Positions 9,854 through 20,228 of a stretch of 64,000 nt of DNA are shown here, piece by piece. The notes beneath the pieces were generated by a model that worked only from the letters and a program-made list of their open reading frames with translations, was not told the origin of the DNA and searched no databases. Source of the stretch: Candidatus Poribacteria bacterium (GTDB lineage: Bacteria; Poribacteria; WGA-4E; WGA-3G); the NCBI GenBank assembly GCA_965242965.1, contig OZ251518.1:4800001-4864000 (forward strand). Direction: 5' to 3'. The number at the start of each line of letters is the position of its first letter. Within the stretch, counting starts at the first letter, position 1. The translations under genes were made by a program, and so were the position numbers.

Positions 9854-9882
9854 ATTATACCACATTTTTTATCCACTGTCAA
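9854..9882 (-). promoter_or_regulatory. Consensus sigma70 promoter for the protease operon
   Basis: TTGACA-17 bp-TATAAT with extended TG on the minus strand. Confidence 0.75.
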
Positions 9883-9975
9883 ATAAAAAACACAAAAAAT
9901 GACCGTTTGTCAAGAAAACTTGACTGCAATTGCCATTTTATGATAGTATTTAACAATCACAAAGGAGGATTAACT

Positions 9976-12950
9976 ATGGCCAGAAAAAAACGAACCGCCA
10001 AAAAACCAAATACCGAAATCCAAGACTACCGACACGATACCAAACGGGTAAATAACCCACCCGCCGGTATCGCCGCACGAGGGAAAATTAACGAACCGCC
10101 GAAGGGGGAATACGCCTATAATCCACACCGGCCACCACGTCTCCGATTTGACGAAAACGGCGACGCAGACAGACTCCCCGAACTGCTCCAAAAGGCAAAG
10201 AACCAAGTCCTCTCCGAAGAGGAAGTGAATCTCCTCAACGAGGCACTCCAGCAACACGAACCTTGGCTGGAATGGAGCGGCAAGCAGGAAACGCAATCGT
10301 TCACCGTAGATCCGGTTGCGTTGCACATCCATGAACGCGTCAGCGCGAAAGCCATTATGAAAATCGCCGCACGCGAAAATGTCCAACGCAATCTCTTCGC
10401 TGATCCGCAACTGGCATACAACGAAGCCGTCCAGTTTTATCAGCACGACGTAGAGTGGGCAAACCGCCTCATCCTCGGCGATAGTCTCGCGGTGATGAGT
10501 TCCCTCGCGCATCGCGAAGACCTCGGGGGAAAGGTGCAGACGATTTACTTCGATCCACCCTACGGCATCAAGTTCGCCTCTAACTTCCAACCCACCGTCT
10601 TTCAGCGGAACGTCACGGACAAACCCGCAGACCTGACGCGCGAACCGGAACAGATTCAGGCATACCGCGACACATGGCACCTCGGCGTGCATTCTTACCT
10701 CGCTTACCTGCGAGACCGGCTGATGGTTGCGAGAGACCTGCTCACCGATAGCGGCAGCATCTTTGTGCAGATTAGCGACGAGAATGTGCATCGCGTGCGA
10801 TGTCTCATGGATGAAGTGTTTGAAGGTGAAAACTTCGTTGGAGAAATCATTTTCAAAACCCGCAGCACTTCTACAAGAAAGCACTTGTCTATATTGAATG
10901 ACTATATCCTTTGGTATAGCAAAGACATTGCTGCTCTCAAATTTCGCAGCGTTTACGAGGAGAAAAGTGCTGATTTGGCACGCTTCAACCTCGCGGATAT
11001 TGATGGACAGATTGCTAGAAGCAGTGACCCAGAAAATTTCTATTCAAAGGATGCGAAACATTTTTCAAGTAGCAGTCTTGCTTCAACTACCGGAGGCGAC
11101 ACGGCTAGACAACCTTTTGAATTTTACGGTAAGGAGTATACCCCACCACCTGCCCGGGGTTGGCGGTGTTCTTCTGAAGGGCTACAGCGGCTTGCATCAG
11201 CAGACAGGATATTTAATCACGGGAAGTCTATCCGTTACAAATACTTTCACAGCGATTTTCCATTTGTTAAAATCGGTAATCTGTGGGGTGAACAGATGTC
11301 CGAGCAAAACAAGTTTTATGTTGTGCAAACTTCTCTGAAAGCCGTCCAACGCTGCATTCTCATGACAACCGACCCGGGCGATCTTGTCCTCGATCCGACG
11401 TGCGGCAGCGGCACCACCGCTTATGTCGCCGAACAGTGGGGCAGACGCTGGATTACGATTGATACCAGCCGCGTCGCCATTGCCCTCGCGCGTCAACGCC
11501 TCTTGACGAGCAGTTTTGACTATTACCAATTCAAAGAGCCATCAAAGGGTATCGCTGGCGGCTTCGTCAACAAAGTTGTGCCGCATATTACCCTCAAAAG
11601 CATTGCGAAAAATGATGCCCTCGATCCGATTTTCGCCAAGCACGAGCCGATTTTAGCGGAGAAATTGGAGAAAATCAATCGGTGCCTTGCAGCAGTAGGG
11701 GGGGGGTCAAGCTTCGGTCCGAACTGCTTGCAAAATTGGCGGCGAAGGAGAAGCGCGAAGGGAAAAGAGCGATTACGGAGGCAGACCGGCGGCGATGGAT
11801 TCTTCCCGAAACTGCATGGCAAGAATGGGAGGTGCCTTTTGACGCGGATGCCGACTGGCCCGAAGCATTGCGCGCTGCGCTAACCGAGTATCGCGAAGCA
11901 TTTCAGGCGAAAATGAAGGAAGTGAACGCGTGCATTGAATCTTCCGCTGAGGGTGAGGAGCTCGTCGATCAGCCGAAAATTGAGCGTGGGAAGTTGCGCG
12001 TCAGCGGTCCGTTCACGGTAGAAGCCGTGCAACCTGCGGAGGCATCGTTAGATACCGAATCGCCTATCGGCGGTGAACCGGCAGAGGCATTGGAGACGTT
12101 TGACGCTGTAGGAGAGACCTCCCGGTCTCGACAAACGCCGGTAGGAGAGACCTCCCGGTCTCGAAACGCCGAGGCACATCTCACTGATATGATTCGGCTG
12201 TTGCGCCAAGATGGCGTGCGGTTTCCGAATAATCAGACGATGCAATTCGCCGCGTTGGATGCGCTGGAGGGAAGTCTCCTTCATGCCGAAGGCAGGTGGG
12301 AAGGGACAGAAAGAACGGTTGCGGTGACTTTTGGTCCGCAGCACGGCCCGGTGACTGCATTACAAGTTAGCCGCTGCTTACGCATTGCATCGCAGCGCGG
12401 TTATGATGAGCTCGTCTTCGCCGGTTTCAGTTTCGATGGCGCGGCGCAAGCGGCTATTCAGGCGGATGCCGATCCTGTTGTCCGCACGCATCTCGCGCAC
12501 ATTAATCCCGATGTGATGATGGGCGATTTACTCAAGGACACGCCTTCGGCGCAGTTGTTCACCGTATTCGGTCTGCCGCGCACCACGCTTGAGGGGCCAA
12601 CCGATGGCAAATACACCGTCACGATGGAGGGAGTAGACATCTACGATCCTGTCAAAGACGCTGTATTTTCTGCGAGTGCCGATAAAGTGGCGGCGTGGTT
12701 CGTGGATACTGATTACGACGAAAGCACCTTCTGCATCTCGCAGGCGTTTTTTCCCGATAAGAAGGCGTGGGAACGGATTGCGCGTGCGCTGAAAGGTGTC
12801 GTTGACACCGAACGTTTTGAGCAGTTCAGCGGGACGGTATCGCTGCCATTTGAGGCAGGGGCTCATCAGCGGGTTGCAGTGAAAGTCATTGATGCGCGTG
12901 GGAATGAAGTGATGCGCGTGCATGATTTGGGGGAAGGCGGATATGCGTAA
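9976..12950 (+). pseudogene. mod: Type III R-M Mod subunit (site-specific DNA methyltransferase), frameshifted at G9 tract 11698-11706
   Basis: DPPY and DPTCGSGTT motifs in 9976-11883; C-terminal half continues in another frame to 12950 ('AVKVIDARGNEVMRV'); could be phase variation or a sequencing error. Confidence 0.85.
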
Positions 12951-13028
12951 TTTCCCCAGATTGACTTGACAAACGCGTCTGCACGTGTTATCATATTAAC
13001 ATATTTGTCAACAACCGAGGTGAACAAA

Positions 13029-13619
13029 ATGGCAGAAACGCAACTGAATCCGCTGGCATCCACACTGCCATCCACGCCGCCGATACTGTTAACGGCAGAA
13101 GAGTTGTGGAAAATGCCAGATAACGGTTATCGGTATGAACTTGTGAAAGGAGTCCTACGGAAAATGCCACCTGCAGGATTTGAACACGGCATCCGTTCGG
13201 TTGAAATTGGGAGCCTACTTCACGTGCACGTTAAAAAGCATGGGCTAGGTTATGTCTGTGCTGCCGAAACAGGTTTCACGATTTCCCGCAACCCTGATAC
13301 GGTGCGCGCGCCGGATGCCGCCTTCGTGCGCCGAGCGGCCATTGAGAGACAAGGTATCGTAAAAGGCTATTGGGAAGGCGCGCCAAATCTTGCCGTGGAA
13401 GTTATCTCGCCTGGCGATACCTACACCGAAGTCGCTGAAAAAGTTGATGAATGGCTAGCCGCCGGTTGCGCGATGGTGTGGGTGATTAATCCGCGCCGTG
13501 AAACGGTGGAAGTCCACCGCCCGGCTGAAGAGCCCATCGTTTTAAGTGGGGATGACATCCTAGAGGGTGGCGATGTCGTTGAAGGGTTCCGGTGTGAGGT
13601 TGACGCGCTGTTTGTGTGA
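13029..13619 (+). CDS. Uma2 family (DUF820) endonuclease
   Basis: YELVKG, RAPDAAFV, APNLAVEVISP, VWVINP. Confidence 0.93.
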   Translation: MAETQLNPLASTLPSTPPILLTAEELWKMPDNGYRYELVKGVLRKMPPAGFEHGIRSVEIGSLLHVHVKKHGLGYVCAAETGFTISRNPDTVRAPDAAFVRRAAIERQGIVKGYWEGAPNLAVEVISPGDTYTEVAEKVDEWLAAGCAMVWVINPRRETVEVHRPAEEPIVLSGDDILEGGDVVEGFRCEVDALFV

Positions 13620-13643
13620 AAGCGCGGCTTCGGCTGAATAATT

Positions 13644-14429
13644 CAGGGTGTTTCATAAATCCGTGTAGGCGCGACCTCCTGGTCTCGATGCAATAGGGCG
13701 GCGCGCCTACCGGGACCGCGGCGGCAGAAAGCCCCCTTGAAAAAACGTCTCTTAGGTCCGTAGGTCCTTAATGTCTATAGCCCGCGCAGGCAGTCAAGTC
13801 CTCAAGGCGTTTTTTTTTTGTCGGGATACTATAGACATGCAGAACCTAACAGACCTGAAGAGAGGTTTCGCAGGCGAGATCGCGGGGGACAGGCCCCCGC
13901 GCTACTCAGGATGACCTTTTCACCGTAGAGCCAGGGCCTGTCCCTCGCCGTGCCATCGGGTACACGAGCGATCGCGGGGGACAGGCCCCCGCGCTACGGG
14001 CCAGGAAAGGGTTCTTCTCGCTATGCCCCGTTCGGGATCAGGCGATCCCGAACTACATTCTCCTCAAGGTCCGTAGGACCTTAATGTCTATAGTTCGCGC
14101 AGGCCGCCAAGTCCTCAAGGTCCGTAGGACCTTAATGCTTCTCGCCGCGATGCATTTGCTGCCTATTAAGGACCTAAAGGACCTTAGGTTTTTTTCGGTC
14201 GGCGAGGTTCTATAGACATGCAGGACCTAAAGGACCTGAAGAGGTATTTTTCACGGGTGTGATCGCGGGGGACAGGCCCCCGCGCTACGGGAACATCGAG
14301 ACCGGGAGGGCGCGCTTACCGGGCCATCGCCTGCATCGAGACCAGGAGGTTTCTCCTACCAAGAGGACGCGGTAGTCGCCCGCTCCCCAAGGGGGAATAA
14401 ATACCGAAACGGAGTTATGAAACACCCTG
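13644..14429. mobile_element. TIR-bounded non-autonomous element carrying REP hairpins
   Basis: 21-bp terminal inverted repeats CAGGGTGTTTCATAA(A/C)TCCGT (20/21 match); no coding capacity; no TSD seen. Confidence 0.7.
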
Positions 14430-14497
14430 AGTTAAAATCGTTGCGCGAGCGTTTATCAGAATCGGTAGTCCGCCGCATAACCGGCTGAAATCGCAAT

Positions 14498-14758
14498 ATG
14501 AACCAAAGAGAATCCTTGCTTAACAAAGCAAGACAGAACCCAACTGGCTTGAAATTTAGAGAGTTCGAGAGACTCCTGCGACAATGCGGATGGTCACAAC
14601 GTCGCCAGCGCGGGAGCCATCGCGCTTGGTATTCGCCGACCGGGTATCGAATCATGATTCAACCCGAACGCACCATGGCTAAGGGATATCAAGTCAGACA
14701 ATTCTTTAGACAATACAACCAGGAAATCGAAGATGCTAAAAAATCAAGACGAATTTGA
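14498..14758 (+). CDS. hicA: HicA family toxin
   Basis: 'RQRGSH' motif, AKGYQVRQ; overlaps hicB. Confidence 0.88.
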   Translation: MNQRESLLNKARQNPTGLKFREFERLLRQCGWSQRRQRGSHRAWYSPTGYRIMIQPERTMAKGYQVRQFFRQYNQEIEDAKKSRRI

Positions 14759-15110
14759 TGGCTTCGCAGTCAACCTCTTCTTTGATGAAGATGGTGATTA
14801 TCTCGCGCATCTTGTTGAGATGCCCAATGTCTCGGCTTTCGGGCCGACACCCGCCAAAGCGTTAACCGAACTGAAAACGGCATGGCAGTTAATGAAAGAC
14901 TGCTATCAGGCAGACGGTGAGCCTCTTCCGCAACCTCCAGCGCGGGAAGGATACGCAGGTCCGGTGAATGTTCAGATTGACGAGGAGCTTTACCGCGTCC
15001 TCGCAGACGAAGCCGCGAAGGCGCAGATCAGCCTCTATGCACTCGTGAGGATGAAACTGATGAATAATAAGTCAGAGGAATGCACCTATTATGAACAAAA
15101 ATCAACTTGA
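14733..15110 (+). CDS. hicB: HicB family antitoxin
   Basis: 'SAFGPTPAKAL...GEPLPQP' plus C-terminal RHH-like segment. Confidence 0.88.
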   Translation: MLKNQDEFDGFAVNLFFDEDGDYLAHLVEMPNVSAFGPTPAKALTELKTAWQLMKDCYQADGEPLPQPPAREGYAGPVNVQIDEELYRVLADEAAKAQISLYALVRMKLMNNKSEECTYYEQKST

Positions 15111-18054
15111 AATCCCGATTCAGCCGGTCGAACAGCCGATTCTGTGCAGCCCTTACGAAGAACCCAACGCACACTGGATCTACGATACCCAAACCGGCGA
15201 GGCTGTTAAGAACCCCGGCCGACGCGAGGCGGGATACTGGTTCAAGACAGAACGCACCGGCAGTGAACAGCAGCAGATGCAGTTCGTCCAAGAGGAAGAA
15301 CGCGATGATCTTCCGATAGTCAACGCACTCCGCGCCGATGTGAAACGGTGGCGCGAGACGAATTACCCGAACGTCACGCCTGTCACACGCGAATTGCTGC
15401 GGCATTGGGCAAGCGATAATCTGAAGCATCGGCTCTTTTTCTGTCAACGCGAAGCGGTTGAGACGATTATCTACCTCGTTGAGATTCTCCGGGGCGGCAG
15501 AGGGCCACGGTTTAAACCGCAATTCAGTGCGGCGGAACTGAGTCAATTAGTAGATTCTCCGAATACGCCAGAGCTCCCAGAACTCGTCCGATATGGATGC
15601 AAAATGGCGACGGGCAGCGGCAAAACAGTAGTGATGGCGATGCTCATCGCTTGGGCATTTTGCAACCGCGGGAAGGTGCCATCCGATGAGCGGTTCCCTG
15701 CTGCCGCCCTGATAGTCTGTCCGAACTTGACGATTAAGCAACGCCTCCAGGTCTTGCGGCCGGAGTCCGCGGACAACTACTACGATGAATTCACGCTTCT
15801 CCCGACGAAATTGCGTTCGTTGCTAAACAAGGGGAAGGTGTTGGTTACCAATTGGCATCAATTCGCGCTGGAGTCACCGCATCACGAAGGCGGCCAAACC
15901 TACGATGTTGTCTATAAAGGCGAGGAAACGCCGGACGCGTTCGCGAGGCGCGTGCTAGGCGAACTCTACGGACGCGCCCCGCTCATGGTGCTGAACGATG
16001 AGGGACATCACGCCTATCGGCCCGCGGGTTCTGGGGAAAAGTTATCGGCAGAGCTGAAAAAGGAGCGCGAAGAAGCCACCGTGTGGATTAGCGGCTTGGA
16101 CAGGATGAATCAAGCGTGCGGCGTGCGGTTCTGCGTAGATATGTCCGCTACGCCGTTTTATATCCAAGGCAGCGGGCATTCGGAAGGTTCGCCTTTCCCG
16201 TGGCTGGTTAGCGATTTTGGCTTAGTGGATGCGATTGAGAGCGGCATTACCAAGATTCCGCGGTTGCCGGTGAGCGATAGTACCGGCAGACCGGAACCGA
16301 GGTTCTTTCGACTCTGGAAAACGATTAACGATGAGATTTTGCCCGCCGACAGGCTGAGCCGAGGAAAACCCAAGCCGGAGGCGGTTTATCGGGAGGCGGA
16401 AAGCGCGCTCATCACGCTGGCGAGCCAGTGGAAAGAACGCTTTGAATACATCCAAGAAGCATCCGATGCGCAGGAGAAAACGCCGCCTGTCCTCATCATC
16501 GTCTGTGCCAATACCGATATTGCGGAGTTCTTTTTTCGTAAAATCTCCGGCGAGCAGGTTGATGAGATTGTGGTGCAAAGCGGTGGAAAAACCAGAAAGC
16601 GGAAGCAGACTGTCTATGGACAAGGCGCGCTGTTTCCCGATTTTCTATCAAATCGCGACGGCGTTTTAAGGACGCTGCGGATTGATAGCAAAATGCTGGC
16701 AGAGGCAGAAAACGCCGACCCGAGCAAAAATCGGACGCAAGCCGCGGAGGATTTGCGACGCATCGTCGCCACAATAGGGAAGAAGGGACAACCGGGTGAG
16801 CAGGTGCGGTGTGTCGTCTCCGTGGCGATGCTCAACGAAGGATGGGACGCGAATAACGTCACGCATATTCTCGGGCTGCGAGCCTTCAGCAGTCAGTTGC
16901 TTTGTGAACAGGTAGTTGGACGCGGGTTGCGCCGCATGAGTTATACGCCAGACCCCGAGACGGGACTCCTCACTGAAGAATACGTTGATGTCTACGGCAT
17001 TCCGTTCTCGGTGATTCCGTTCAAGGGGCGGCCTAGCGGTAAACCTGAACCGATTGATAGGCCGAAGAATCACGTCCGCGCCTTGCCAGAACGTTCTGCT
17101 TTTGAGATAAGATTCCCCAACGTTGAAGGATACGCCTTCGCGCTCCGCAAGAATGAAATCAAGGCGGACATCAACGCGATGGAGCCGCTCCACTTTCAGC
17201 CCAATCGGAATCCTGTTGCGACGTTTGTCAAACCTGCTGTCGGATACGAGATTGGAACGCCAAAACTTTCCGGTCCCGGTGATACCGTTTTACAGGACAG
17301 GAGCGAATTTTACAAAGCGACGCATCTGCAGGCGGTTAAATTTACGATTGCGCATCAGATTGTCCAGAAAATCGTCGGCGATAGCAAAACGCCGCCAGAT
17401 GCGAGGGCGAATCCCGCTCTCCGGCTGCAATCTCGGCATCGGCTCTTTCCGCAGGTATTTCGGTTCGTGGATGCCTACGTTGAGAAGAAGGTAGACTTCT
17501 GCGGGGAGAATCCGTTGGACCTGGCGCAACAGAAGTATGTCATGCTTGTCGTGGAACGTCTCTTGGCAGCTATTCAGCCGAATGAGACGCGTGGCGAAGT
17601 CCCGTTACTGCCTATCTTGAACCGTTATGAGTCAACTGGCACGTCGGCGGATGTGGCATTTCTCACGGCGCGTCCCTGCCACGGAACGCAAAAGAGTCAT
17701 GTCAACCAAGTCGTGCTGGATACGGAAACGTGGGAACGTTCTGCTTGTTTCTGGCTGGAGCAGTCCGAAAATGTGGTGTGCTATGTTCGGAATGACAGGC
17801 TTGGGTTGAGCATTCCGTATGAACACGCCGGCGTTTCTCACGTTTATGAACCCGATTTCATCGTCCGGTTCACGAACGGAGTCCATCTCCTTCTGGAAAT
17901 CAAAGGTTTTGAAACCGAACAGGAACCTGCCAAACACGAGGGTGCGAAGCGATGGGTTTCTGCTGTCAATAATTGGGGCAAATTCGGCAAATGGGATTTC
18001 CACGTCTGCCACAATCCACAACGGCTGCGTCATGAATTGGCGCGCTTCCTGTAG
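15091..18054 (+). CDS. res: Type III R-M restriction subunit (SF2 helicase + PD-(D/E)xK nuclease)
   Basis: MATGSGKT, DEGHH, EGWD, EQVVGRGLR, YEPDF...LEIKG. Confidence 0.92.
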   Translation: MNKNQLEIPIQPVEQPILCSPYEEPNAHWIYDTQTGEAVKNPGRREAGYWFKTERTGSEQQQMQFVQEEERDDLPIVNALRADVKRWRETNYPNVTPVTRELLRHWASDNLKHRLFFCQREAVETIIYLVEILRGGRGPRFKPQFSAAELSQLVDSPNTPELPELVRYGCKMATGSGKTVVMAMLIAWAFCNRGKVPSDERFPAAALIVCPNLTIKQRLQVLRPESADNYYDEFTLLPTKLRSLLNKGKVLVTNWHQFALESPHHEGGQTYDVVYKGEETPDAFARRVLGELYGRAPLMVLNDEGHHAYRPAGSGEKLSAELKKEREEATVWISGLDRMNQACGVRFCVDMSATPFYIQGSGHSEGSPFPWLVSDFGLVDAIESGITKIPRLPVSDSTGRPEPRFFRLWKTINDEILPADRLSRGKPKPEAVYREAESALITLASQWKERFEYIQEASDAQEKTPPVLIIVCANTDIAEFFFRKISGEQVDEIVVQSGGKTRKRKQTVYGQGALFPDFLSNRDGVLRTLRIDSKMLAEAENADPSKNRTQAAEDLRRIVATIGKKGQPGEQVRCVVSVAMLNEGWDANNVTHILGLRAFSSQLLCEQVVGRGLRRMSYTPDPETGLLTEEYVDVYGIPFSVIPFKGRPSGKPEPIDRPKNHVRALPERSAFEIRFPNVEGYAFALRKNEIKADINAMEPLHFQPNRNPVATFVKPAVGYEIGTPKLSGPGDTVLQDRSEFYKATHLQAVKFTIAHQIVQKIVGDSKTPPDARANPALRLQSRHRLFPQVFRFVDAYVEKKVDFCGENPLDLAQQKYVMLVVERLLAAIQPNETRGEVPLLPILNRYESTGTSADVAFLTARPCHGTQKSHVNQVVLDTETWERSACFWLEQSENVVCYVRNDRLGLSIPYEHAGVSHVYEPDFIVRFTNGVHLLLEIKGFETEQEPAKHEGAKRWVSAVNNWGKFGKWDFHVCHNPQRLRHELARFL

Positions 18055-18196
18055 GAGAGCCCCAACGATCGCGGGGGACAGGCCCCCGCGCTACGGTATG
18101 AATTGGCGCGCTTCATGTAGGAGAGTGGGGAATTGAGACAGGAGGGCTCGCCTACAAAAGAACGCTGTCCTCGGTAGACGCGGCTCTGTAATCAAA

Positions 18197-19735
18197 ATGA
18201 CAACGCCTCTCCTCCACATGCAGTCTATCACGAAAGATTTTCCCGGTGTCCGCGCCTTGGACGATGTCTCGTTTGAGGTGCGAGCCGGTGAGATTCACGC
18301 GCTCTGTGGCGAAAACGGCGCGGGCAAATCGACATTGATTAAGATACTCGGTGCTGTGCATCCGCACGGCACTTATGATGGGCAAATGCACATTGACGGC
18401 GCAGAACAGCGGTTTCACACCGTGCGGGATGCGGAACGCGCTGGCATCGCTATTATCCATCAGGAATTGGCTCTCATTCCGGAGATGACGGTAGCCGAGA
18501 ATATCTATTTAGGCAGGGAACCGCGTCGGTTTGGCATCATTGACAAACGCCGTTTGCATCGCTGCGCGGCGCAGCTGCTCTCGCAATTCGGATTGACACT
18601 GCCGTTACAGACACCTGTCCACGAACTCGGCATTGGACAGCAACAGTTAGTAGAAATCGCGAAGGCTCTATCGCGCAACGCGCGCCTGCTCGTGCTTGAC
18701 GAACCGACAGCGGCGTTAACCGAAAGCGAAGTGGAGGTGCTCCGCCACATACTGGCGCAATTGCAAGAAAAGGGGGTGGCGTGCATCTATATCACGCACA
18801 AACTCAAGGAGATTTTCCAAGTTGCGGATAGGGTGACGGTGCTACGCGATGGCAAAACGGTGGCAACGCAGTCCATCGCGGAATGCACGGAAGCGATTCT
18901 TATCTCGCAGATGGTAGGCAGGGAATTTTCGCGGGATGCACGTTTTCCAAAGCGCGCAGAAGGCGAGCATCGACATAAACAGGTGGCGTTGCGGGTTGAA
19001 AACCTCAGCACAGATGCGCAGGAACCACCGAAACTTGATTCAATTAGTTTTGAGGTGCGGCGCGGTGAAATCCTCGGAATTGCAGGGCTAATGGGTGCGG
19101 GGAGAACCGAACTCATCAGCGTTATCTTCGGCGCGTATGCGGGGAAATGGAGCGGGGATGTGTGCGTCAATGGAAACCCTGTATCAATTCACTCCCCTCG
19201 CGATGCAATTCGGCTCAAGATGGGCCTTGTGAGTGAAGACAGAAAGCGATACGGGCTCATTCTGGATGCCGATGTTACTCGTAATATGACGCTTGCCAGC
19301 TTAGGTGCCTCCGAAAGAATCATCGATGGCAGGGATGAAGTTAAGAAATGCAATCGCTATGTGGAGTCGCTTCGCATCAAAGCGGCATCGCTTAAAGTGC
19401 CTGTGAGTTATCTCAGCGGTGGGAATCAGCAGAAAGTGGTTTTAGGCAAATGGCTGATGACGCGTCCCGACATCTTATTCCTTGACGAACCGACGCGCGG
19501 GATTGATGTCGGCGCGAAAGCGGAAATTCACTCGCTGATAGCGCAACTCGCGGCAGAGGGACTGGCGATAGTGCTTGTCTCATCGGAACTCCCTGAAATT
19601 TTGGGAATTAGCGACCGGATTTTAGTGCTACACGAAGGTAAACTCACCGGCGAATTTATCAACGACGATGTAACGCAAGAGGACATCTTGCGCTGCGCAA
19701 CTCGGGTGGCATCGCCTGATACCAACAACGTATGA
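18197..19735 (+). CDS. Sugar ABC transporter ATP-binding protein (XylG/RbsA-like, tandem NBD)
   Basis: GENGAGKS, LDEPT twice, LSGGNQQK. Confidence 0.93.
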   Translation: MTTPLLHMQSITKDFPGVRALDDVSFEVRAGEIHALCGENGAGKSTLIKILGAVHPHGTYDGQMHIDGAEQRFHTVRDAERAGIAIIHQELALIPEMTVAENIYLGREPRRFGIIDKRRLHRCAAQLLSQFGLTLPLQTPVHELGIGQQQLVEIAKALSRNARLLVLDEPTAALTESEVEVLRHILAQLQEKGVACIYITHKLKEIFQVADRVTVLRDGKTVATQSIAECTEAILISQMVGREFSRDARFPKRAEGEHRHKQVALRVENLSTDAQEPPKLDSISFEVRRGEILGIAGLMGAGRTELISVIFGAYAGKWSGDVCVNGNPVSIHSPRDAIRLKMGLVSEDRKRYGLILDADVTRNMTLASLGASERIIDGRDEVKKCNRYVESLRIKAASLKVPVSYLSGGNQQKVVLGKWLMTRPDILFLDEPTRGIDVGAKAEIHSLIAQLAAEGLAIVLVSSELPEILGISDRILVLHEGKLTGEFINDDVTQEDILRCATRVASPDTNNV

Positions 19736-19796
19736 GACAAACGGCTCAAGAGCGGGCACTCTTGCCCTACTTTTGGGAGCCTGATGCCAACAACGT

Positions 19797-20228
19797 ATGA
19801 AACAAACATTTAAGACACACAGCCCCGCGGAGACACAAACGCTCGGCGAGCAACTCGGCAAAACGTTGAAATCCGGCGATGTCATCGCGCTTATCGGTGA
19901 ACTCGGAACAGGCAAAACCTGCTTGACGCAAGGCATCGCGCGCGGTATCGGCATCGCGCCAGACGAAGTCGTCAGCAGCCCGTCCTATATCTTAATCAAC
20001 GAATACGATGGGACAATTCCTATCTACCACATCGATTTGTATCGCTTGGAGAACTCGGCGGAAATAGCGGAACTTGGGTTAATGGAATACATGGATAGCG
20101 ACGGCATCTGCATCATAGAATGGGCTGAACGGATGGCGCATGCTTTGCCAGAGAATCACATGCGAATTGACATCAGGTGGGAAGATGAAAACATCCGACA
20201 CTTCACGGTGCAACATCCTGTATCTTGA
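19797..20228 (+). CDS. tsaE: tRNA threonylcarbamoyladenosine biosynthesis ATPase TsaE
   Basis: GELGTGKT, SSPSY, HIDLYRL, IEWAE. Confidence 0.95.
   Translation: MKQTFKTHSPAETQTLGEQLGKTLKSGDVIALIGELGTGKTCLTQGIARGIGIAPDEVVSSPSYILINEYDGTIPIYHIDLYRLENSAEIAELGLMEYMDSDGICIIEWAERMAHALPENHMRIDIRWEDENIRHFTVQHPVS

Noticed and set aside
9970-10884. 304-aa minus-strand ORF
   Set aside because: Antisense shadow of mod with no recognisable motifs.
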